Source of the DNA: an uncultured Candidatus Rokubacteria bacterium
GTDB taxonomy: Bacteria; Methylomirabilota; Methylomirabilia; Rokubacteriales; DASRDR01
DNA: 64,000 nucleotides
Direction of reading: 5' to 3'
Assembly: GCA_963708025.1 (NCBI GenBank)
Contig: CAVPSB010000023.1
Span: 1-64,000, forward strand
The number at the start of each line of letters is the position of its first letter. Positions within the stretch are counted from its first letter, which is position 1. Positions 51,049-60,121 of this stretch are shown in pieces. Under the pieces are notes generated by a model that worked only from the letters and a program-made list of their open reading frames with translations, was not told the origin of the DNA and did no database searches. Made by a program: the position numbers and the translations under genes.

Positions 51049-51816
51049 GTGCTCCGAGTCCTTCTCGGTCTGATCGTGACGCTCGCCCTGGCTGGCCCGG
51101 CGGCAGCCCAGGAGGTCACGCTGTCGGTGGCCATCAGCATGAAGGAGGCCGTCGAGGAGCTGGGCCGCCGGTTCGGGGCGAGCCGCCCCGGCGTCACCCT
51201 GCGCTACAACCTCGGGTCGTCCGGAGAGCTGCAGAAGCAGATCGAGGCCGGGGCGCCGATCGATCTCTTCGTCTCGGCGGCCCAGCGGCAGATGGACGAG
51301 CTGGAGCAGAAGGGCCTCATCGTGCCGGGGAGCCGGCGGGTCTTCGCCAGGAACGTTCTCACCGTCGTGAAGCCGGCGGACTCGCGGCTGGACCTGGCCA
51401 AGCCCGGGGATCTCCTGGACGCGCGCGTCACGCGGATCGCGATCGGGAACCCGAAGACCGTGCCGGCCGGGCAGTACGCGGAGGAGAGCCTCAAGGCGCT
51501 GGGACTGTGGGACCGCCTGCAGCTCAAGCTCGTCTTCGCCGAGAACGTCCGCCAGACGCTCGACTACGTGGCCCGCGGCGAGGTGGACGCGGGCTTCGTC
51601 TACACGACGGATGCCGCCGTGCGCGGCAGTCAGGTCCGGGAGGCCTTCCGCCCCGCGGAGGAGACCTACCGGCCGGTCATCTATCCGGTCGCGGTCGTCG
51701 CCGGCGCCAGGCAGCCGGTCCTCGCCCGGGCCTTCATCGAGCTGCTGCTGAGCCAGGAGGGGCAGGCCGTGCTGGCGCGGCTCGGCTTCCAGCCGCCGCC
51801 GCCCGGCGCCCGCTGA
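51049..51816 (+). CDS. modA: Molybdate ABC transporter substrate-binding protein
   Basis: AISM, GSSGELQKQIEAGAP.DLFVSA, VPAGQYA, ENVRQ, GFVYTTDA motifs. Confidence 0.92.
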   Translation: MLRVLLGLIVTLALAGPAAAQEVTLSVAISMKEAVEELGRRFGASRPGVTLRYNLGSSGELQKQIEAGAPIDLFVSAAQRQMDELEQKGLIVPGSRRVFARNVLTVVKPADSRLDLAKPGDLLDARVTRIAIGNPKTVPAGQYAEESLKALGLWDRLQLKLVFAENVRQTLDYVARGEVDAGFVYTTDAAVRGSQVREAFRPAEETYRPVIYPVAVVAGARQPVLARAFIELLLSQEGQAVLARLGFQPPPPGAR

Positions 51817-51924
51817 GCGGCGCCGCCCGAGGGCCGGGCGGATCCGCCGCGCGCCGATCCGCCTTCGCGTTCCTGATAAACTGATCGCTCACCATGTGGC
51901 AGCCGCCGAGGCGCGACTAGCTCC

Positions 51925-52590
51925 ATGCTGCCCGAGGCCACCGTGGCGGCGCTCTGGCTCTCGGTGCGGGTGTCGCTGCTCGCCACCGCGCTGAACGCAG
52001 CCATCGGGATCCCGCTCGCCTACGTCCTGGCCAAGCGCCGCTTCTGGGGCCGCAGCGCGCTCGACGTCCTGGTCACCCTGCCCCTCGTGCTGCCACCGAC
52101 CGTCACCGGCTACTACCTGATCGTGCTCCTGGGGCGCCGGGGCTGGCTGGGCCGCCCGCTCTACGAGCTGACGGGCTGGACGGTCGCCTTCACCTGGCAA
52201 GCCGCGGTGGTGGCGGCCACCATCATGGCACTGCCGCTGATGGTCCGTGCCAGTCGAGCGGCGATCGAGGCCGTGAACCCGGATCTCGAGCGCGCGGCGT
52301 TCGTGCTGGGTCGCTCCGAGTGGCGGACCGCCGTGGAGGTGACGCTCCCGCTCGCACGGCGCGGGATCGTCGCCGGGCTGGTGCTGGCCTTTGCCCGCGC
52401 CCTGGGCGAGTTCGGCGCGACGCTGATGCTGGCTGGCAACATTCCAGGCCGGACGCAGACGGTGCCGCTGGCCATCTACACGGCGGTCTCCACCGGTGAG
52501 ACGCAAGAGGCGCAGGTGCTGGTGCTGCTCTTGACCCTCCTGTCGTGCGCCGTGGTCCTCACCGCGGCCCGTCTGGGAGGTCGGGTGTGA
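51925..52590 (+). CDS. modB: Molybdate ABC transporter permease
   Basis: LPLVLPPTVTGY, FARALGEFGAT..AGNIPGRTQT motifs. Confidence 0.93.
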   Translation: MLPEATVAALWLSVRVSLLATALNAAIGIPLAYVLAKRRFWGRSALDVLVTLPLVLPPTVTGYYLIVLLGRRGWLGRPLYELTGWTVAFTWQAAVVAATIMALPLMVRASRAAIEAVNPDLERAAFVLGRSEWRTAVEVTLPLARRGIVAGLVLAFARALGEFGATLMLAGNIPGRTQTVPLAIYTAVSTGETQEAQVLVLLLTLLSCAVVLTAARLGGRV

Positions 52591-53708
52591 TCGAGCTGAA
52601 CGTCCGGAAGCGCTATGCGGGGTTCCTTCTCGACGCCGCCTGGACCGCCGGCGACGAGGTCGTGGCGCTGTTCGGGCCGTCGGGCGCCGGGAAGAGCCTG
52701 ACGCTGAACTGCCTGGCCGGGCTCGTCCGTCCCGACGCCGGGCGGGTCGTCGTCAACGGGCGCGTCTTCGACGACGTGGAGCGCGGGGTGCGGCTTCCGC
52801 CGCAGGCCCGTCACCTCGGCTACGTGTTCCAGGGCTACGCCCTGTTCCCGCACCTCACCGTGGCCGAGAACGTCGGCTTCGGGCTCGCGGACCAACCGCG
52901 GACCGCGCGCCGACGGACTACCGCGGACGTGCTCGATCGGCTGGGTCTGGCCGACGTCGCCGGCCGCCATCCGCGCGAGCTGTCGGGCGGCCAGCAGCAG
53001 CGGGTCGCTCTCGGCCGGGCGCTGGCGCCGGATCCCGAGCTGCTGCTGCTCGACGAGCCCCTGTCGGCCCTGGACGCTCCGCTCCGGCGCCAGCTCCGCG
53101 AGGAGCTGGGCCGGGTGATCCGCGAGTGGGGCAAGGCGGTGGTCCTGGTCACCCACGACCTCGCCGAGGCCTACCAGCTCGGCGAGCGCCTGGTGCTCTA
53201 CGACGGAGGCCGCGTCGTGCAGGCGGCGCCGAAGGGCGAGCTCTTGCTCCATCCCGCGTCGGAGACGGTGGCCCGGCTGATCGGGATGCGAAACATCGTC
53301 CGGGGCACCGTGGTGAAGGCGAGTGCCGATCGCATCGAGATCGCCTGGCGGGGCCACACCGTCGAGGCGGTGAACTCGCTGACTCGCCCCTACCTGGCCC
53401 CGCCTGGGACCCCGGTGGCGTTCTTCGTGCGCCCGGAGTACGTGCGGCTGATCCGGAAGGACCGCACGGGACCGGACCCGGGCCACCACATGAACCTCCT
53501 CGCGGGGACCGTCGTCGGCGAGCTCGATCAGGGCACCGCGTGGACGCTGCTCTTCCGCGTGGACGCGCCGGGCGAGGCGAGCCAGGGCACCTACGACCTC
53601 GAGGTCGAGATCCCCAAGCTGGTCTACGAGATGCTGGACGTGGGCCGCGACCGCCGCTGGAGCGTCTCGATGCACCGGGGCGCGCTTCAGGTGCTGCCGA
53701 CGGAATGA
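52587..53708 (+). CDS. modC: Molybdate ABC transporter ATPase
   Basis: GPSGAGKS, LSGGQQQR, LLLDEP motifs; follows modB. Confidence 0.85.
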   Translation: MIELNVRKRYAGFLLDAAWTAGDEVVALFGPSGAGKSLTLNCLAGLVRPDAGRVVVNGRVFDDVERGVRLPPQARHLGYVFQGYALFPHLTVAENVGFGLADQPRTARRRTTADVLDRLGLADVAGRHPRELSGGQQQRVALGRALAPDPELLLLDEPLSALDAPLRRQLREELGRVIREWGKAVVLVTHDLAEAYQLGERLVLYDGGRVVQAAPKGELLLHPASETVARLIGMRNIVRGTVVKASADRIEIAWRGHTVEAVNSLTRPYLAPPGTPVAFFVRPEYVRLIRKDRTGPDPGHHMNLLAGTVVGELDQGTAWTLLFRVDAPGEASQGTYDLEVEIPKLVYEMLDVGRDRRWSVSMHRGALQVLPTE

Positions 53709-54807
53709 CCCCGGCGGTTCCGGTGCTGGCCGCCGAGGAGGTCGAGGTCGCCTACCGCGGGCGCGCGGCGCTGGCGGTGCCGGCCCTGGCGGTGAGCGAG
53801 GGCGAGGTGCTGGCCGTCATCGGGCCGAACGGTGCCGGCAAGTCGACCCTCCTGCGGGTGCTCGGCCTGCTCGAGTCGCCGGCGCGCGGGACCGTCGCGT
53901 TCCGCGGCGTCGTCCCGCGCACGGACGCCGAGCGCCTGGCGTTGCGCCGCCGCATGGCCTCCGTGTTCCAGGAGGCCCTCCTGTGCGACACCAGCGTCGC
54001 CGCCAACGTGCGCCTGCCGCTGGCGTTCCGTGGCGTGGGCCGGGCCGAGGCCGAGCGGCGGGCGCGGCCGTGGATGGAGCGGGTCGGGATCGCGCACCTG
54101 GCCGACCGTCCGGCGCGCACGCTCTCGGGGGCGAGGCCCAGCGGGCGAGCCTGGCCCGGGCGTTCGTGACCGCGCCCGAGGTGCTCCTCCTCGACGAGCC
54201 ATTCGCCGCGCTCGACCCGCCGACCCGCGAGGCCTTGCTCGACGACCTGGCGTCGCTCCTGGGCGAGGCCCGGACGACCGCGATCTTCGTCACCCACGAT
54301 CGCGCCGAGGCCCTCCGGCTCGGTCACCGGGTCGCGGTGCTGATCGACGGGCGCCTGGCCCAGGTGGGGCCGCCCCCGGAGGTCTTCGGCGCGCCGGTGG
54401 ACGCGGAGGTGGCGCGGCTGGTCGGCGTGGAGAACCTGCTGCCCGGCCGGGTGGTGGCGGTCCGCGACGGCTTCGTCCACGTGAGCGTGGGGAGCGAGAC
54501 GCTGGCGGTCGCCGGCACGGCGCGCGAGGGGGACGAGGCGCTGGTCGGCCTGCGGCCCGAGGACCTGCTCCTCGAGCCGGCCGGGCCCGGGCGCCTGACC
54601 AGCGCCCAGAATCGCCTGGCGGGCGTCGTTCGCCAGGTGGCGCCGGTGGGCGCGCTCTACCGCGTCGTCGTCGACTGCGGCGTCCGGCTGAGCGTCGTGG
54701 TGACCCGCCCGGCCGTGGAGGCACTTGGCCTGGCGCCCGGGGTCGCGGTCGCGGTGAGCTTCAAGGCGACGGCCGCGCACCTGGTCCGGATCGGCCCGGG
54801 AACGTGA
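53705..54807 (+). CDS. tupC: ABC ATPase with TOBE domain, probable TupC; frameshift in G-run ~54126-54130
   Basis: GPNGAGKST; LSGG(E)AQR split across frames; LLLDEP; C-terminal FKATAAH. Confidence 0.75.
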
Positions 54808-54850
54808 GCGTGCCGGGGCCGTCCGCGGCCTGCTGCGGGCGCCGTCGCGC

Positions 54851-54879
54851 TTGACAGCCGCGACTCCCATTTGGTACAA
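54851..54879 (+). promoter_or_regulatory. Sigma70-type promoter
   Basis: TTGACA followed after ~17-18 nt by TG-G-TACAAG. Confidence 0.6.
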
Positions 54880-54961
54880 GGAGAGCATAGCGCGAGAGGC
54901 CGGATCCCGGAGCGAGTGGGAGGGCCGAGTGCGTCGAGGGCGTGACGAGGTCTGGAAGCGA

Positions 54962-54998
54962 GGCCAGCGGCCGGTGGGGCGCTGGCCGTTTTTGTTTT
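54962..54998 (+). terminator. Intrinsic terminator-like hairpin in the leader of the DUF465 gene
   Basis: GGCCAGCG...CGCTGGCC followed by GTTTTTGTTTT. Confidence 0.7.
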
Positions 54999-55020
54999 CC
55001 CACGGCGAAGGAGGCGGATC

Positions 55021-55257
55021 ATGCCCGACCGTGAAGTCCTCATCCAGCGACTGACGGAGGCCAGTGACGAGTTCCGCCGGCTCCGCGGCGAGCACCAGGA
55101 GCACGAGCGGGAGATCTCCGACCTCCAGGCCCGGTCGTTCCTCACGACCGAGCAGCAGTGGCGGGTGAGCGAGCTGAAGAAGTTGAAGCTAATGGCCAAG
55201 GACCGGATGGAGACGCTCATCCGGGAGAGTCAGCGCTCCGCCCAGACGCCGGCCTAG
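55021..55257 (+). CDS. DUF465/YdcH-family coiled-coil protein
   Basis: AAGGAGG SD; EFRRL..EH...LKKLKL..KD pattern. Confidence 0.8.
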   Translation: MPDREVLIQRLTEASDEFRRLRGEHQEHEREISDLQARSFLTTEQQWRVSELKKLKLMAKDRMETLIRESQRSAQTPA

Positions 55258-55272
55258 CGGCGCCCTCCCACC

Positions 55273-55911
55273 ATGTCCCGCAGCACCGAGGGGGGCGGGG
55301 CAGATCGGCCCACCCCCCTTGGGGCTCGAATGCGCTCGCGCCTCCCGCCGCGCCCTTCCGGTTCTCGCCGATCCGCCCCGGTCTCGTCCCCGCGCTCGAC
55401 CGACGACCCCGGACCGTACGGGCTCACGCACCTGGACCGCGAAGGCCGGGCGAAGATGGTGGACGTCACCGCCAAGCCCGAGACGGCCCGCGAAGCCCGG
55501 GCCCGGGTGACCCTCCGGATGCAGCCGGCCACGCTCGCCGCCATCCGGGCCGGGGGGATCGCCAAGGGTGACGTGCTCGGGGTGGCCCGGGTGGCCGGGA
55601 TCATGGCGGCCAAGCGAACCGCCGATCTGATCCCGCTCTGTCACCCGCTCCGCCTCACCGGCGTCGACGTCCGGTTCGTCCTCGACCGGGCGCGCTCGGC
55701 CGTGCACGTGGAGACCGCGGCCCGGACGGTGGACAAGACCGGCGTGGAGATGGAAGCCCTGACCGCCGCCGCCGGTGCGGCCCTGGCGATCTACGACATG
55801 GTGAAGGCGATCGACCGGGGCCTCGTCGTCACCGACCTCTGCCTGGTGGAGAAGCGCGGGGGTCGCAGCGGGCACTGGGTCCGGCCGCGCGCGGGCCGGC
55901 GATCGCCATGA
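55273..55911 (+). CDS. moaC: Cyclic pyranopterin monophosphate synthase (true start may be further downstream)
   Basis: LTHLD...[38 protein letters not shown] motifs. Confidence 0.93.
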   Translation: MSRSTEGGGADRPTPLGARMRSRLPPRPSGSRRSAPVSSPRSTDDPGPYGLTHLDREGRAKMVDVTAKPETAREARARVTLRMQPATLAAIRAGGIAKGDVLGVARVAGIMAAKRTADLIPLCHPLRLTGVDVRFVLDRARSAVHVETAARTVDKTGVEMEALTAAAGAALAIYDMVKAIDRGLVVTDLCLVEKRGGRSGHWVRPRAGRRSP

Positions 55912-57038
55912 AGACCGCGCTGGTCCACTCCGACGCCTATCAGCGCTTCGACTACGGGCCGAGCCACCCGCTCCGGATGGAGCGCCTCGGGCTCACCTAC
56001 GCCCTGATGGAGGCCTACGGGCTGACCGGCCTGCCCGAGACGAAGGTGATCGCCCCGCGACCGGCGCCGGAGGCGGTGCTGCGCGGCTTCCACACGGAGG
56101 AGTACCTCGAGGTGCTGCGCGCCGCCTCGGCCGGCCAGGCGGTGCCGAGTCCCCATCGCTACGGGCTGGGCCCGGGCGACAACCCGATCTGGCCCGGGAT
56201 GTTCGAGGCCTCGGCGCTCGCCTGCGGGGGATCGGTCGCGGCCGCCGACCTGGTCGCGGCCGGCGAGGTCGAGCGGGCCTTCGCCTTCGCCGGCGGCCTG
56301 CACCACGCGATGCCGGACCGCGCCTCCGGCTTCTGCTACCTCAACGACGCGGTCCTGGCGATCCGGGCGCTCAGGTCCCGCGGGCTCCGGGTCTGCTACG
56401 TCGACATCGACGCGCACCACGGCGACGGCGTCCAGCACGCGTTCTACGCGGAGGCCGAGGTCCTCACCATCTCGACCCACGAGCGCGGGGACCGGCTGTT
56501 CCCGGGCACCGGGTTCGTGGACGAGATGGGGGAGGGCGCCGGGAGAGGATACTCGGTCAACCTGCCTCTCCACCCGTACACGGACGATGCCGTGTACCTC
56601 GAGGCCTTCGACGCGGTCGTCCCGCCGATCGTCCGCGCCTTCCGGCCGGACGTGGTGGTGGCCCAGCTCGGGATCGACAGCCACCGGACCGATCCGCTGA
56701 CACACCTGGTGCTCAGCGTGGAGGGCTTCGCCGACGCCGTCCGGCGGATCCTGGGTCTGGCGCCACGCCTGGTGGCCCTCGGCGGCGGCGGCTACGATCT
56801 CTCGAACGTCGCCCGGGCCTGGACGGCCGCCTGGGCGCTGATGAACGAGGTGACCCTCCCGGACGAGCTGCCCGCGTCCTTCGTCGCGAGCGCCGCGCGC
56901 CATCTTCACGGCCGGACCGCCCTCCGGGACGGGGCGGCGGCGCTTCCCGATGACGTGATCCGCGCGGCGCGCGAGTACGCCCGGCGTCAGGTCGCGGAGA
57001 TCGAGCGCCGCATCTTCCCGATTCTCGGCGTCCGTTGA
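55908..57038 (+). CDS. acuC: Histone-deacetylase-family protein (AcuC type)
   Basis: GGLHHA, SGFCYLND, DIDAHHGDGV, FPGTG, GGGGY motifs. Confidence 0.88.
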   Translation: MKTALVHSDAYQRFDYGPSHPLRMERLGLTYALMEAYGLTGLPETKVIAPRPAPEAVLRGFHTEEYLEVLRAASAGQAVPSPHRYGLGPGDNPIWPGMFEASALACGGSVAAADLVAAGEVERAFAFAGGLHHAMPDRASGFCYLNDAVLAIRALRSRGLRVCYVDIDAHHGDGVQHAFYAEAEVLTISTHERGDRLFPGTGFVDEMGEGAGRGYSVNLPLHPYTDDAVYLEAFDAVVPPIVRAFRPDVVVAQLGIDSHRTDPLTHLVLSVEGFADAVRRILGLAPRLVALGGGGYDLSNVARAWTAAWALMNEVTLPDELPASFVASAARHLHGRTALRDGAAALPDDVIRAAREYARRQVAEIERRIFPILGVR

Positions 57039-57071
57039 GCCCCGCGGGGTCGTGTGTTAGCCTGCTCGAAT

Positions 57072-57773
57072 ATGGAGCGCGCGAGGTCCGCGAGTGCCGG
57101 CGACGCGGCGAAGTCGGAGGGCTGGCTGATCACGATCGAGGGCGTGGAAGGGGCGGGCAAGTCCACGCAGATCGCCCGGCTGGCCGCGTGGCTCGAGTCG
57201 GTCGGCACCCGGGTCGTGTCGACGTCCGAGCCGGACGGCTCTCCGCTGGGCCCTTGGGTCCGCCGGGTCCTGGCCGACCGGTCCCCGGTCGACCCGTTGA
57301 CCGAGTGCTTCCTGTTCGCGACCGCCCGGGCCGAGCACGTCCGCCGGGTGATCCGCCCGGCGCTCGGGCGCGGCGCCGTCGTCCTGTGTGACCGGTACGC
57401 CGACTCCACCGTCGCCTACCAGGGCTACGGGCGGGGCGTCCCCCTCGAGGTCGTCGCCGAGTTGAACCGCCTGGCGACCGACGGGCTCACGCCGGATCTC
57501 ACGCTCGTCCTCGACCTCGACCCGGACGAGGGGTTGCGGCGAGTGCGCCGCCGGCTGGCGCCGGCCGGAGCCGGGGAGGTGGCCGGGGCGGCCGATCCCT
57601 TCGAGCGGCTCGGGCTGGAGTTCCACGAGCGCGTCCGAAAGGGATATCGGGCGATCCAGGAGCGGGCGCCGGACCGCGCGGTGCTGATCGACGCCGGGCG
57701 ATCCGAAGAGTCGGTGGCGGCGGCCATCCGCGCGGTGGTGGGGGCGCGGCTGGGACTGGACGCGCCAGGATGA
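57072..57773 (+). CDS. tmk: Thymidylate kinase
   Basis: EGVEGAGKSTQ, CDRYADST.AYQG, PDLT..LD motifs. Confidence 0.93.
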   Translation: MERARSASAGDAAKSEGWLITIEGVEGAGKSTQIARLAAWLESVGTRVVSTSEPDGSPLGPWVRRVLADRSPVDPLTECFLFATARAEHVRRVIRPALGRGAVVLCDRYADSTVAYQGYGRGVPLEVVAELNRLATDGLTPDLTLVLDLDPDEGLRRVRRRLAPAGAGEVAGAADPFERLGLEFHERVRKGYRAIQERAPDRAVLIDAGRSEESVAAAIRAVVGARLGLDAPG

Positions 57774-57927
57774 GACATCCTCTGTCAACCCTCTCGCTCC
57801 GCCGACCTCGTGCCGCGTCGGGACTGCGGGGCGCCCCCCCTCGCCCCGGCCAAAGGCCGGAGGCTGTCGACTGGTGGGGAGGGGTCGCCAAAGGCCGAAG
57901 GCCGTCGAAGGGTGGCGGTGGACCCGG
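57771..57927 (+). repeat. Family A-related repeat (variant ends)
   Basis: ATGAGACA...CCAAAGGCCG(G/A)AGGC modules...GGTGGACCC; similar to 58961-59115. Confidence 0.78.
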
Positions 57928-58950
57928 ATGAGCCAGCCCGCCGGAGCCGCGGCAGCCCGGCCGCTCTGGTCGGCGATCCGAGGGCAGGACGCGGCCGTCG
58001 CGCTGCTCCGGCGCGCGCTCGCCACCGACCGGGTGGCCCACGCCTACGCGTTCGTGGGTCCGCCCGGGGTGGGGCGGCGCCTCACGGCGCTCACGTTCGC
58101 GCGGGCCTGCCTCTGCCCCCGGCAGGGCTGTGGCGCCTGCGCGGTCTGTCGGCGCGTCGCCGCCGGCCAGCATCCCGATTGCCAGCTCATCGTGCCGACG
58201 CCGCCGAAGGACAACCCGAAAGGTCCGCTGGCGATCCGCATGGAGCAGGTGCGTGACCTCGAGCACTGGGCGGCCCTCTCGCCGCTGGAGGCGCCCCGCA
58301 AGCTGTTCATCGTGGACGACGCCGACCGTCTCACCCGGGAGGCGCCCCAGGCGCTCCTCAAGACCCTCGAGGAGCCGCCGCCCCGGACCCTCCTGATCCT
58401 GATCGTCGCCAACGTGCGGGGGCTGCCGCCGACCGTCCTCTCGCGGTGCCAGCTCGTTCGGTTCCGGCCGCTCCCCGAGCCCGACGCGATGGCGCTGCTG
58501 GTCGAGCGGGGGGCGGACGCGGCGGCGGCCCGCCGCCTGGCGCGCCTCTGCCGCGGCCAGGTCGGGCTGGCGCTGGCGGCCGACCTGGAGGCCGTCCAGG
58601 CACACCGGGCCGCGGCGCTCGAGTTGCTCGCCACGGCGCCTCCGCGCCTGGCCGGGCGCCTCGACGAGGCGCGGCTCGATCGCGATCGCGACGCCGTCGC
58701 GGCCCTCCTCGAGACGTACTGGCTCTGGTACCGGGACGCTCTCTGCCTGGCGGCCGGCGGCGACGCGACGCCGCTCGTGAACGAGGACCGCCGGGAGGAC
58801 CTGACGGCCCTCGCCGGCCGGCTATCCCTGCCCGCGCTGTCCGAGGCCCTCCGGGTCGTCAAGGAGGCCTGGCTCGCGCTGGAGACCAACGTCAATCCCC
58901 GGCTGGCGCTCGAGTGCGCGCTGCTGGCGCTGGCGCCGCGGGCCGCCTGA
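57928..58950 (+). CDS. holB: DNA polymerase III delta' subunit
   Basis: HAYAFVGPPGVG, CGACAVC, HPD, ALLKTLEEPP, TVLSRC motifs. Confidence 0.92.
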   Translation: MSQPAGAAAARPLWSAIRGQDAAVALLRRALATDRVAHAYAFVGPPGVGRRLTALTFARACLCPRQGCGACAVCRRVAAGQHPDCQLIVPTPPKDNPKGPLAIRMEQVRDLEHWAALSPLEAPRKLFIVDDADRLTREAPQALLKTLEEPPPRTLLILIVANVRGLPPTVLSRCQLVRFRPLPEPDAMALLVERGADAAAARRLARLCRGQVGLALAADLEAVQAHRAAALELLATAPPRLAGRLDEARLDRDRDAVAALLETYWLWYRDALCLAAGGDATPLVNEDRREDLTALAGRLSLPALSEALRVVKEAWLALETNVNPRLALECALLALAPRAA

Positions 58951-58960
58951 GGTGGCCGGA

Positions 58961-59217
58961 ATGAGACACCCCGTGTCCCTCGCGTTCCGCCGACTTCGGA
59001 CCGCGTCGGGACCGCGGGGCGCCCCCCCTCCCCCCGGCCAAAGGCCGGAGGCCGTCGACAGGTCGGGAGGGGTCGCCAAAGGCCGAAGGCCGTCGATGGG
59101 TGGGGGTGGACCCAAATGAGCAACGTGATGGAGCCACCCCTCTCGTTCCGCCGACTCGGACCGCGTCGGGACCGCGGGCCCCTCCCGGCGGGTGGGAGGG
59201 GTCGGGGGTGGACGCAA
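58961..59217 (+). repeat. Family A-related repeat plus partial tandem duplicate including a duplicated gene start
   Basis: GTGGAC(C/G)CAAATGAGCAACGT..TGGAGCCACC occurs twice, 102 bp apart. Confidence 0.78.
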
Positions 59218-60117
59218 ATGAGCAACGTACTGGAGCCACCGATCGATTCCGCCGATGGCGCGGATCCGCGGCCGCCTGCGCGCCTGATCGGCGTCCGGCT
59301 CCGCGAAGGCGCCCGGGCCGACGACTACCTCACCGAGGAGCCCGGCCTCCACGTCGGGGATCATGTCCTCGTCGAGGTGCCGAACGGCCAGGCGGTGGGC
59401 GAGATCCGCCGCCCGGCCCGGGACGTTTCCGAGTTCCGGCGCGACCGGACCTACCCGCGGGTGCTGCGCCTGGCCACCGCCGACGAGCTGGCGGAGGTGC
59501 GCCGCCGGCGCGACCGCGAAAAGACCGCCGTGGGCACGTGTCAGGTCCGCGCCAAGAGCCACGGGCTGCCGATGAAGATCGTAGACGTCGAGATGACGCC
59601 CGATGGCCGCCGGCTCACCGTGCTGTTCGCGGCCGAGGGCCGGGTGGACTTCCGGGAGCTGGTGAAGGAGCTGGCCCGCGAGTTCCGCGCCCGGATCGAG
59701 ATGCGGCAGATCGGGGCCCGGGACGTCACCAAGATCCAGGAGGGCATCGGCCCGTGCGGGAGGGAGCTCTGCTGCTCGAGCCACCTCCGGAAGTTCGAGC
59801 CGATCTCGGTGCGGATGGCGAAGGCCCAGGACATGCCGCTGACCGACAGCCGGCTGCTCGGCAACTGCGGCCGGCTCAAGTGCTGCCTCCTCTACGAGTT
59901 CTCGATGTACGAGGAGCTGCGGGCCCGGCTGCCGCGGGTGGGGTCGGCCTGCGAGGCCGACTGCGGCGGGGGCGGCTGCATGCAGGGACGGGTGAAGGGG
60001 ATCAAGGTCCTGAAGGAGAGCGTGCTGGTGGGCTTCGCGGACGGGACGGAGGCCGAGGTGCCGCTGGCCCAGCTCACCTGGGAAGGGCGGCCCCACGTCA
60101 AGCCGCTGACCGAGTAG
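59218..60117 (+). CDS. ricT: PSP1/RicT (YaaT) family protein (in-frame upstream ATG at 59116)
   Basis: RVDFRELVK, RIEMRQIG.RD, GPCGRELCC, CGRLKCCL motifs. Confidence 0.9.
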   Translation: MSNVLEPPIDSADGADPRPPARLIGVRLREGARADDYLTEEPGLHVGDHVLVEVPNGQAVGEIRRPARDVSEFRRDRTYPRVLRLATADELAEVRRRRDREKTAVGTCQVRAKSHGLPMKIVDVEMTPDGRRLTVLFAAEGRVDFRELVKELAREFRARIEMRQIGARDVTKIQEGIGPCGRELCCSSHLRKFEPISVRMAKAQDMPLTDSRLLGNCGRLKCCLLYEFSMYEELRARLPRVGSACEADCGGGGCMQGRVKGIKVLKESVLVGFADGTEAEVPLAQLTWEGRPHVKPLTE

Positions 60118-60121
60118 GACC

